A DNA stretch of 41,215 bases from an uncultured Oscillospiraceae bacterium (GTDB lineage Bacteria > Bacillota > Clostridia > Christensenellales > CAG-138), in assembly GCA_964552065.1 (NCBI GenBank), contig CAZKGE010000001.1, positions 1 through 41,215 of the forward strand, given 5' to 3'. Positions 16,188 through 24,841 of the stretch are shown in pieces. Made by a program: the position numbers and the translations under genes. How positions within the stretch are numbered: position 1 is the first letter of the stretch; every line of letters starts with the position of its first letter. Below the pieces are notes generated by a model. The model saw only the letters and a program-made list of their open reading frames with translations, made no database searches and was not told the DNA's origin.

Positions 16188-17109
16188 ACAGCTCGCCGCC
16201 GGGCAGCGCGCCGCCGACGGACTTCGGGTTGGCGTCAAAGAGGACTTTCAGCATGGCGGATACAGCGGCCTTCATCTCGCCGCCGCGCACGCACACGATG
16301 TTGCTGCGCGGGATCGCGCTCTTGGCCACCCCTTCGGACGGCACGATGCCCTGCGCCGCGACGACGGCCGCCGCGCCTGCGTCCGTGTTCACCTTATCGA
16401 CGGATGCGGCAACCTGATCGAAGAACGCGTCGACGGCCTTCTTGTGCGTATCGTACACGCTCTTTTGCACCACGTAGCAGCCCTGGACGAGCTTTGTGTC
16501 GCTGACACTGTTCCATTCCTCGGTCAGATCGAGCGCGACGCGCGCGTCCGCGTTTTTGGCCAATACCGCGGACACGTTCGGTTCCGGCAGCATCGCGAGA
16601 CTCGCTTCGCCGCTGGCCACCATCGCCGCAAGCGCCGCGTGTTCGCCGACATACTCGACGGTCACGTCGGTCAGGCCGTTCTTCTCGAGCAGGTAATTCA
16701 GGATGTATTCCGGCGTGCTGCCCTGGCCGGACGCGTAGAGCGTCTTGCCGGCAAGGTCGCCGATCGATTGGACCGTGTCCCCGTTCTCAACGATGTAGAG
16801 CACGCCGAGCGTGTTCAGCGCGGCCACGACTACGGCGCCGTTGGTCTTGTTGTAGAGCGTCGCGGCCAGGTTCACCGGCACCGCGGCAACGTCGACCTCG
16901 CCGCTGATCAGCTTGGCCGAGATCGCGTCCGGCGTATCGAACAGCTCGATCGAGTACGCGTCCGACGGCTCCGCGAGCAGGTACGCAAGCCCCATGCCGG
17001 TTGGACCTTTCAGCGCGGCGACGCGCAACGATACGTCGCTTTCACGCTTACAGCCGAACGCAAACAGCAATGCAACGATGAGAAGCAGGGCAAGAACGGT
17101 TCTTTTCAT
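16177..17109 (-). CDS. ABC transporter substrate-binding lipoprotein (NMT1/sulfonate-nitrate-taurine-like)
   Basis: Signal peptide with lipobox LFAFGC after start MKRTVLALLL. SD GGAGGA lies 8 nt upstream of ATG 17109. A periplasmic-binding-protein-like sequence follows. Confidence 0.8.
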   Translation of the reverse strand: MKRTVLALLLIVALLFAFGCKRESDVSLRVAALKGPTGMGLAYLLAEPSDAYSIELFDTPDAISAKLISGEVDVAAVPVNLAATLYNKTNGAVVVAALNTLGVLYIVENGDTVQSIGDLAGKTLYASGQGSTPEYILNYLLEKNGLTDVTVEYVGEHAALAAMVASGEASLAMLPEPNVSAVLAKNADARVALDLTEEWNSVSDTKLVQGCYVVQKSVYDTHKKAVDAFFDQVAASVDKVNTDAGAAAVVAAQGIVPSEGVAKSAIPRSNIVCVRGGEMKAAVSAMLKVLFDANPKSVGGALPGGELYAG

Positions 17110-17110
17110 G

Positions 17111-17797
17111 TCAGATTTCCTCCAATAATGCAATCGTTTTTCTATCGCGACGGATTCTCCCCTGCTCGGACAGCGCGTCGAGCGCGCGGTACAGCGTGGC
17201 GCGGCTGACGCAGAGCGCGTCGGCCAGCGCCGTGAGCGGGTAGTCCGGGCTAAAAACGCCGTTTACGGCGTTGTCCGCGAGGTATGCGTACACGCGGTAC
17301 GACACGTTCGGCTGCGCGAGGCCGTCGATGCGGCCGCTCAAAAACCGGATGCGCGCGGTCAGGTATTTGAGATAGTTCTCCACGATGCGGAAGTCCGCGC
17401 GCAGCATGCGGACAAGCGCCGCCTCCGGGATATGCAGCACCCAGGCGCTCTTTTGGGTCACGATGTCCGCCACATAGTCGCCCGTCGAACCGAACATGCC
17501 CGCCGCGCCGAACAGGTCGCCCGCGGACAAAATGCTCATCAGCATGCGGCTCTCCCCGGAGCGCTTCTCCACCGCCGCCTCGCCAAAGAGCAGGATGCCC
17601 AGGTAACTCTCCGCGTCGTCGCGCGAACGGATCCTCTCACCGGGCTCGTAATGCGTCACGCACACGCCGTCCGTGCATAGCAATGCCGCCGTTTCCTCGG
17701 GCGGGATGCCGGCAAACAGGAACGTTTTTTGCGCGATGTCGGCGTACGCGGCCGGGTTTTTCGAGCGGCTCATGGATTCCGTCCGTTTCTGTTTCAT
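17111..17797 (-). CDS. Crp/Fnr-family transcriptional regulator
   Basis: cNMP-binding-like beta-barrel region, then C-terminal HTH (LTALADALCVSRATLYRALDAL). The start is ambiguous: TTG 17806, ATG 17797 or ATG 17773. The stop abuts the start of the binding-protein gene. Confidence 0.85.
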   Translation of the reverse strand: MKQKRTESMSRSKNPAAYADIAQKTFLFAGIPPEETAALLCTDGVCVTHYEPGERIRSRDDAESYLGILLFGEAAVEKRSGESRMLMSILSAGDLFGAAGMFGSTGDYVADIVTQKSAWVLHIPEAALVRMLRADFRIVENYLKYLTARIRFLSGRIDGLAQPNVSYRVYAYLADNAVNGVFSPDYPLTALADALCVSRATLYRALDALSEQGRIRRDRKTIALLEEI

Positions 17798-17817
17798 TTG
17801 AAACAATTTACAACATC

Positions 17818-17846
17818 ATTATAGGATTGCTGTCAACGTTTGTCAA
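17818..17846 (-). promoter_or_regulatory. Consensus sigma-A promoter TTGACA-17 nt-TATAAT driving the crp-like / ABC importer operon
   Basis: Minus strand: -35 TTGACA (17841-17846), exactly 17 nt, -10 TATAAT (17818-23). Both hexamers are perfect consensus. Confidence 0.75.
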
Positions 17847-17855
17847 TGTTATACT
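17827..17855 (+). promoter_or_regulatory. Sigma-A-type promoter for xth (TTGCTG-17 nt-TGtTATACT), overlapping the divergent crp promoter
   Basis: -35 TTGCTG (17827-32), TG at 17847-48, -10 TATACT (17850-55). The xth ATG at 17862 is only 6 nt downstream. Confidence 0.6.
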
Positions 17856-17861
17856 ATCGGT

Positions 17862-18623
17862 ATGAAGAAGTTTATTTCGTGGAACGTCAACGGTCTGCGC
17901 GCGTGCATGGGCAAGGGGTTTGTGGACTTCGTGGCCGTGGAGGCGCCGGACATTCTTGCGCTGCAGGAAACAAAGATGCAGCGCGGCCAGGCCGACGTGC
18001 CGCTCGAGGGGTATTTTGAGTACTGGAACAGCGCGGAGCGCCCGGGCTATTCCGGCACGGCGGTGTTTGCGCGCGAGGAACCGCTCTCCGTCGCCTACGG
18101 CATGGGGCACGGCGACGCGCTCGACGGCGAGGGGCGCGTGCTGACGCTCGAGTACCCGGCGTTCTATTTTGTGACCGCATACAGCCCGAACGCGCAGGAG
18201 GAGCTGAAGCGCCTCGACGTGCGCATGCGCTGGGAGGGCGCGTTCCGCGCGTACCTCTCCGCGCTCGACCAAAATAAGCCCGTGATCGTCTGCGGCGACC
18301 TCAACGTCGCGCACAGGGAGATCGACATCAAAAACCCGAAGTCCAACCGCCGCAACGCAGGCTTTACGGACGAGGAACGCGGGAAGTTTTCCGAGCTGCT
18401 CGCCGCGGGCTTTGTCGACTCGTTCCGCTTCCTGTATCCGGACGCCGTCGACGCGTACTCCTGGTGGAGCTACCGTTTCAACGCACGCGAGAAAAACGTC
18501 GGCTGGCGCATCGATTACTTTTTAACCTCCGAGCGCATCAAGCAGAACATCGCGGACAGCCGGATATTAAGCCACATCTACGGCAGCGACCACTGCCCCG
18601 TCTCGCTGCTTGTGGAGATGTAA
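17862..18623 (+). CDS. xth: Exodeoxyribonuclease III
   Basis: MKKFISWNVNGLRA start, LQETK, and a C-terminal SDHCPV motif. Length is 253 aa. Confidence 0.95.
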   Translation: MKKFISWNVNGLRACMGKGFVDFVAVEAPDILALQETKMQRGQADVPLEGYFEYWNSAERPGYSGTAVFAREEPLSVAYGMGHGDALDGEGRVLTLEYPAFYFVTAYSPNAQEELKRLDVRMRWEGAFRAYLSALDQNKPVIVCGDLNVAHREIDIKNPKSNRRNAGFTDEERGKFSELLAAGFVDSFRFLYPDAVDAYSWWSYRFNAREKNVGWRIDYFLTSERIKQNIADSRILSHIYGSDHCPVSLLVEM

Positions 18624-18627
18624 CCGC

Positions 18628-19203
18628 ATGCGGATCATACTCGCTTCCGAATCGCCGCGCCGCAGGGAACTGCTCGCGCTGATGGGCCTCGACTTTACCG
18701 TGGTCACGAGCAACGTCGAGGAGACCGCGCCGGAGGGCGCGTCCGCCGAGGAGACGGTGTGCGCGCTCGCGCTGCAAAAAGCGCAGGCGGTCGCGGCGCT
18801 GCACCCGAACGACTGCGTGATCGGCGCGGATACGGTCGTCGAGTTGGAAGGGGACATCCTCGGCAAGCCACACACGCCCGGGAACGCGAAGCGCTACCTT
18901 TTGCGCATGCAGGGGCGGCGGCACGTCGTATACACCGGCGTGGCCGTGCTGACGGGCGGCAGAGCCGACGTGCGCTGCTGCCGCACGGACGTGACGTTCT
19001 CACCGATGAGCGAGGCCGAGATCGACTGGTACGTCTCCACCGGCGAGCCGCTCGACAAGGCGGGCGCGTACGGTGTGCAGGGCCCCGGCGGCGTGTTCGT
19101 CGAGCGCGTCGAGGGCAACTACTTCAACGTGATGGGCATGCCGCTGCCGCTGCTGTACCGGATGCTCAAGGACGCGGGCGTGCTGACCGAAAGCCGAACA
19201 TAG
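18628..19203 (+). CDS. maf: Maf-like nucleoside triphosphate pyrophosphatase
   Basis: The MRIILASESPRRRELL start is the canonical Maf N-terminus. The ATG at 18628 lies 4 nt after the xth stop. The track start at 18610 overlaps xth. Confidence 0.92.
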   Translation: MRIILASESPRRRELLALMGLDFTVVTSNVEETAPEGASAEETVCALALQKAQAVAALHPNDCVIGADTVVELEGDILGKPHTPGNAKRYLLRMQGRRHVVYTGVAVLTGGRADVRCCRTDVTFSPMSEAEIDWYVSTGEPLDKAGAYGVQGPGGVFVERVEGNYFNVMGMPLPLLYRMLKDAGVLTESRT

Positions 19204-19219
19204 CCCGAAATCGAAACGC

Positions 19220-21088
19220 ATGAACGAGATCATCGAGGAAAAACTGAAGCTTCTGCCCGCGTCGCCCGGCGTGTACAAGATGCTTGACGCAAAAGGCGAC
19301 GTGATCTACGTCGGCAAGGCGGTTTCGCTCAAGAACCGCGTGCGGCAGTATTTCCAGTCGTCCAAATCGCACACCGCGAAGGTGTCGGCCATGGTCGCGC
19401 ACGTGGCGGACTTTGAGACGATACAGGTCGCCAACGAGACCGAGGCGCTGACGCTCGAGAGCAACCTCATCAAGCAGTTCATGCCCAAGTACAACATCCT
19501 GCTCAAGGACGACAAGCACTTCCCCTACGTGCGCATCAACATGAAGCAAAACTTCCCGAGCATCGACGTCGTCCGCCGCGTCAAGCGCGACGGCGCGCGC
19601 TATCTCGGGCCGTTTCTGTCCGGCACGCTTTTACGCGGCAACCTCGCCATCATCCGCGACCATTACCCCGTGCGCCTCTGCAAGAAGGACATCGACCGCG
19701 CCATCGCGCGCCGCGAGCGGCCGTGCCTGATGTACCACGTTGGCAAATGCTGCGCGCCCTGCTCCGGAAACGTCACGCCCGAAGCGTACCACCAGATCCT
19801 CGAGGAGATCTGTTCGTTTTTATCCGGCAATACCGACGCGATCCTGCGCGGCCTGTACGAGCAGATGGAGCAATCGTCCGACGCGCTGGAGTTCGAGCGC
19901 GCCGCCGCGCTGCGCGACCGCATCAAGGCGATCGAAAGCCTGTCGGAAAAGCAGACCGCCATCGGGACGAACAAGGCCGTGCTGGACGTGTACGCGCTCG
20001 GCCGCCTCGACGAGAACGTCGTCGTGTTCGCGCTGTTTATACGCGACGGCAAGGTCGTCGGCACGGAATCGTTCCGCATGGGCGCGGGCAGCGACGAGTC
20101 GGACGCGGACATCCTCGCCGCGTTTATCGCGCAGTATTACGCCGACGCGGTCACGTTCCCGCCGGAGATCCTTTTGTATCAGGACGCGGCGGACATGGAG
20201 GGCATCGAAACCTGGCTGACCTTCCTCGCTGGGAAGCGCGTGCGGCTGCGCCGGCCGGAGCGCGGCGATAAGAGGAAGCTCGCCGACCTTGCGTACCGCA
20301 ACTGCATCGACGCGCTCGCCAAGGACGCGACGCTGCAGAAGCGCGCGTGGGAGCGCGGCGAGGGCGCGCTGTCGCAGCTTTCGGGCATACTCGGCCTCGA
20401 GAGCATCCCCGAGCGGCTCGAGTGCTTCGACAACTCGCACATCCAGGGCCGCGACACCGTCTCCTCGATGGTCGTGTTCACAAACGGTCAGCCGGACAAG
20501 AAGGCGTACCGGCGTTTCCGCGTCAAGGCGGACGCGGGCGGCGACGATTTGATCTCCATGCGCGAAACGCTGACGCGCCGCTTCGAGCGCGCGCTGGCCA
20601 ACGACCCCGGTTTTCTGCCGCTGCCGGACCTTTTGATCGTCGACGGCGGACGCACGCAGCTGTCCGTCGCGCTCGAGGTGCTCGCCGAGGCCGGCCTCGA
20701 CTACATCCCCGCGATCGGCCTTGCCGAATCGCACGAACTGATCTACCAGCCCGGCAAGGAGCTCCCGCTCGAGCTGCCGAAGAACAGCGCGTCGCTGCAC
20801 CTGCTCGAGCGCATCCGCGACGAGGCGCACCGCTTCGCGATCACCTATCACCGGAGCCTGCGTCAAAAGAACGCGCTGTTCTCCGTGCTCGACGCCATCC
20901 CCGGCGTCGGCGACAAGCGCAAGCGCGCGCTGTTCGACGCGTTCGTCACGATGGACGCATTAAAAAGCGCGGCCGTCGAGCAGCTCGCCGCGGTCAAGGG
21001 CGTGGACAGGCGCACCGCCGAGGCGGTGTATGCGTTCTTCCGAAAGGATGCGGAGGACGGGGGAACGGAAAAGGACGGGATGGAATAG
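19220..21088 (+). CDS. uvrC: Excinuclease ABC subunit C
   Basis: GIY-YIG N-terminus (PGVYKMLDAKGDVIYVGKA), a UVR domain, the endonuclease V-like domain, and a C-terminal HhH2. Confidence 0.95.
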   Translation: MNEIIEEKLKLLPASPGVYKMLDAKGDVIYVGKAVSLKNRVRQYFQSSKSHTAKVSAMVAHVADFETIQVANETEALTLESNLIKQFMPKYNILLKDDKHFPYVRINMKQNFPSIDVVRRVKRDGARYLGPFLSGTLLRGNLAIIRDHYPVRLCKKDIDRAIARRERPCLMYHVGKCCAPCSGNVTPEAYHQILEEICSFLSGNTDAILRGLYEQMEQSSDALEFERAAALRDRIKAIESLSEKQTAIGTNKAVLDVYALGRLDENVVVFALFIRDGKVVGTESFRMGAGSDESDADILAAFIAQYYADAVTFPPEILLYQDAADMEGIETWLTFLAGKRVRLRRPERGDKRKLADLAYRNCIDALAKDATLQKRAWERGEGALSQLSGILGLESIPERLECFDNSHIQGRDTVSSMVVFTNGQPDKKAYRRFRVKADAGGDDLISMRETLTRRFERALANDPGFLPLPDLLIVDGGRTQLSVALEVLAEAGLDYIPAIGLAESHELIYQPGKELPLELPKNSASLHLLERIRDEAHRFAITYHRSLRQKNALFSVLDAIPGVGDKRKRALFDAFVTMDALKSAAVEQLAAVKGVDRRTAEAVYAFFRKDAEDGGTEKDGME

Positions 21089-21090
21089 AA

Positions 21091-21332
21091 ACGGGGGTAC
21101 GGTCGAGGGATACGTTCGAGGGCTCCGCCCTCGAGCTCCCGCCAAAGGGACACGTCCCTTTGGAAACCCTGCGAGCAACGGCCAAACTCAATTGCCGCTT
21201 CACTTTGGACTTATTACTTATTAAACAACCCCGAAGGATTCGTTCTCCAAGCTGTTAGCCGCAGAAAGGGATTCTCAAGGGACATGTCCATTGAGGGGTG
21301 GCTTGGAGGCAGAGCCTCCAACGTCCCCCCGT
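21091..21332. ncRNA. Candidate structured non-coding element (sRNA, long 3' UTR structure or REP/MITE-like repeat); class and strand undetermined
   Basis: 242 nt with no credible ORF, bracketed by the inverted repeat ACGGGGGTACG (21091-21101) / CGTCCCCCCGT (21322-21332). It holds at least five compact GC-rich hairpins without U-tracts (see findings). Confidence 0.35.
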
Positions 21333-21346
21333 CCCCTTTTCAACGC

Positions 21347-21376
21347 AAAAAAGAGCGGGAGCTTTCGCCCCCGCTC
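21347..21376 (-). terminator. Intrinsic terminator of the EF-G-like gene
   Basis: Minus strand GAGCGGG ... CCCGCTC stem (21353-59 / 21370-76) followed by TTTTTT (A-run 21347-52 on the plus strand). It lies 18 nt after the stop. Confidence 0.8.
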
Positions 21377-21393
21377 TCTCGTTTCCAAATCGC

Positions 21394-23466
21394 TTATTCC
21401 TCTTCCTCGTCCTCGCGCTTGGACTGCTCGATGATCTTCTGTGCGATGTTGCCGGGCACGTCCTCATAACGCACGAACTCCATCGTAAACGACCCGCGCG
21501 CCTGCGTCATGGAGCGCAGGTCGGTCGCGTACTTGAACATTTCGGAGAGCGGCGCCTCGGCGGCCACGACGGTGCCGCCGTCGACGGGGTTCATGCCGAG
21601 CATGCGGCCGCGCCTGCGGTTGAGGTCGCCGATGATGTCGCCGACGTAGTCGGACGGCACGAAGATGTCGAAGTGGTAGATCGGCTCGATCAGCGCGGGC
21701 GAAGCCTTGACGCACGCCGCCTTGTAGGACAGGCGCGCGGCCGACTTGAACGCGACCTCCTTGGAATCGACGGGGTGATACTTGCCGTCGTAGAGCGTAG
21801 CCTTGATGTTGACCATCGGATAGCCCGCGAGCACGCCGTGCTGCAGCGCTTCCTTAAGGCCCTTCTCGACCGCGGGAATGAACTCCCTGGGCACGACGCC
21901 GCCGACGATGGCGTTGACGAACTCAAAGTCCGTCCCCTCCGGCGCGGGCTCGAACCGCATCTGCACGACGCCGAACTGGCCGCTGCCGCCGGACTGTTTC
22001 TTGTGCTTGCCTTCGGCTTCCGCGCTCGAACGGATCGTCTCGCGGTACGGAATCTTCGGGTCGGCGAGCTGCGCCTCGACGTTGGCCTTGTTCCGGAGCT
22101 TGCTGCAAACCACGTCGATGTGCATCTCGCCCAAGCCCTGGATCAGCACGTCGCCGGTCTCGGCGTTCTTCTCGATGCGGATCGTCGGGTCCTCCTCGCG
22201 GAGCTTGTTCAGGCCGGAGATGACCTTGTCGTCCTCGCCCTGCTTCTTGGCGCTGACCGCGAGACTGATGCACGGCTTGGGGAAATCGATCTCGGCAAAC
22301 CTGACCGGCGCGGACGCGTCGCACAGCGTGTCGCCGGTCGCGGTGAACTGCAGCTTGGCCAGTGCTCCGATGTCGCCCGCGTTGAGGCGGTCGACGTTGA
22401 TCGCCTTCTTGCCGCGCAGGATATAGGGCGCGCCGGGCTTCTCCGCCTTCTCGGCATTCGTGTTGTACGGCGCGGTGTTCGCGTCGACGGAGCCGGAATA
22501 GACCTTGATGATCGAATACTTGCCGAACTGGTCGACGACGGTCTTGACGACCTGCGCGGCGAACTTGCCGTCCTGTTTGACCTCGATCTCGGCGCCGGTC
22601 TTAGCGTCGGTCGCCTTGGGCGCCTTGGCGCAGTCCGCGGCGGGCAGGTAGTGCACGAGGTTGTCCATCAGCGTGAATACGCCGATGTTCGGCGCGGCGG
22701 CGGTGCAGCACACGGGCGTGACGACGCCGTCGCGCACGCCGGCGGACAGGCCCTGCAGAATCTCTTCGCGGGACAGTTCGCCCTGGTCAAAATACTTCTC
22801 CATCAGAGACTCGTCGCTCTCGGCGGCGGCCTCGGTCAGCTTCTCATACAGCGACTGCGCCTCTTCGGCGAGCTTTGCGGGGATGTCGCACTCCTTCTCG
22901 CCCTTGCCGTCGAACAGCTTGCCCTTCATATTGATAATGTCGACGTAGCCTTTAAATTGGCCGTTCTCGATGATCGGGAGCTGGATGGGGACGACGGACG
23001 GCCCGAACTTCTCGTTGACGGCGGCCATCACCTTCTCGAAGTTCGCGTTCTCGCGGTCCATCTGGTTGATGACCATCATACGCGCCTTTTTCTGCTTGTC
23101 GCACATGGCCATGGCCTTCTCCACGCCGACGACCGGTCCGGACACCGCGCCGACCACGATCAGGGCGCTGTCGCAGAGCGCCATCGCGGCCGTGACCTCG
23201 CCGTAGAAGTCGAAAAAGCCCGGCGCGTCGATCACGTTGACCTTTGTGCCGTTCCATTCGAACGGCGCGAGCGCCGCGTTGATGGATATGCTGCGCTTGA
23301 CTTCCTCCGGATCGAAGTCCGTCGTCGTCGTGCCGGCCTCCACCTTGCCGAGCCGCTCGATCAGGCCCGCGTTGAACAGCATCGCCTCGGTCAGGGTTGT
23401 CTTGCCCTCGCCGCCGTGGCCGAAAATACCGATGTTGCGAATGTCTTTTGCCAAGTATTCCTTCAT
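21394..23466 (-). CDS. Elongation factor G-like translational GTPase paralog with divergent G-domain motifs
   Basis: Five-domain EF-G architecture recognisable by eye: IRNIGIFGHGGEGKTT, GGSGQFG, YHPVDSKEVAFKSAA, and DLRSMTQARGSFTMEF. ATG 23466 (MKEYLAKDIRNIG) is preferred over the track start at 23517. The gene is not flanked by rpsL, rpsG or tuf. Confidence 0.88.
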   Translation of the reverse strand: MKEYLAKDIRNIGIFGHGGEGKTTLTEAMLFNAGLIERLGKVEAGTTTTDFDPEEVKRSISINAALAPFEWNGTKVNVIDAPGFFDFYGEVTAAMALCDSALIVVGAVSGPVVGVEKAMAMCDKQKKARMMVINQMDRENANFEKVMAAVNEKFGPSVVPIQLPIIENGQFKGYVDIINMKGKLFDGKGEKECDIPAKLAEEAQSLYEKLTEAAAESDESLMEKYFDQGELSREEILQGLSAGVRDGVVTPVCCTAAAPNIGVFTLMDNLVHYLPAADCAKAPKATDAKTGAEIEVKQDGKFAAQVVKTVVDQFGKYSIIKVYSGSVDANTAPYNTNAEKAEKPGAPYILRGKKAINVDRLNAGDIGALAKLQFTATGDTLCDASAPVRFAEIDFPKPCISLAVSAKKQGEDDKVISGLNKLREEDPTIRIEKNAETGDVLIQGLGEMHIDVVCSKLRNKANVEAQLADPKIPYRETIRSSAEAEGKHKKQSGGSGQFGVVQMRFEPAPEGTDFEFVNAIVGGVVPREFIPAVEKGLKEALQHGVLAGYPMVNIKATLYDGKYHPVDSKEVAFKSAARLSYKAACVKASPALIEPIYHFDIFVPSDYVGDIIGDLNRRRGRMLGMNPVDGGTVVAAEAPLSEMFKYATDLRSMTQARGSFTMEFVRYEDVPGNIAQKIIEQSKREDEEEE

Positions 23467-23590
23467 GGTTCCCCCTGCATCTCCTAAACGTATTTCGATG
23501 GACCCGCGCCGACGCACCAGCCCATTTTAGCCAACTTCAATAATATCAGCTTGTCCGCGCGTTTGTAAACACTGATTTTTCGTTTTCGGC

Positions 23591-24838
<1,248 letters not shown>

Positions 24839-24841
24839 GAT

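Noticed and set aside
21117-21144. tRNA-like 3' module: a 5-bp stem / 7-nt loop / 5-bp stem (CGAGG-GCTCCGC-CCTCG), followed by 7 nt, one base and CCA.
   Set aside because: The loop lacks the T-loop consensus (TTCRANY). No complementary 5' acceptor strand, D-arm or anticodon arm can be found upstream. The available sequence after the uvrC stop is too short for a tRNA or tmRNA.
21089-21393. Known housekeeping ncRNAs (tmRNA, SRP/4.5S RNA, RNase P RNA, 6S RNA) or a riboswitch in the uvrC/EF-G gap.
   Set aside because: I could not find the conserved SRP domain IV motif, the RNase P GGAAAGUCCGGGC-type core or a tmRNA tag ORF. A riboswitch is unlikely because both flanking genes point into the gap. 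6S RNA cannot be strictly excluded without a covariance model.
21298-23487. A 729-aa plus-strand ORF covering the EF-G-like locus.
   Set aside because: It is antisense to a gene with clear EF-G motifs, has the same Arg/Leu/Asp/Gly/His-rich shadow composition, and has no motifs of its own.
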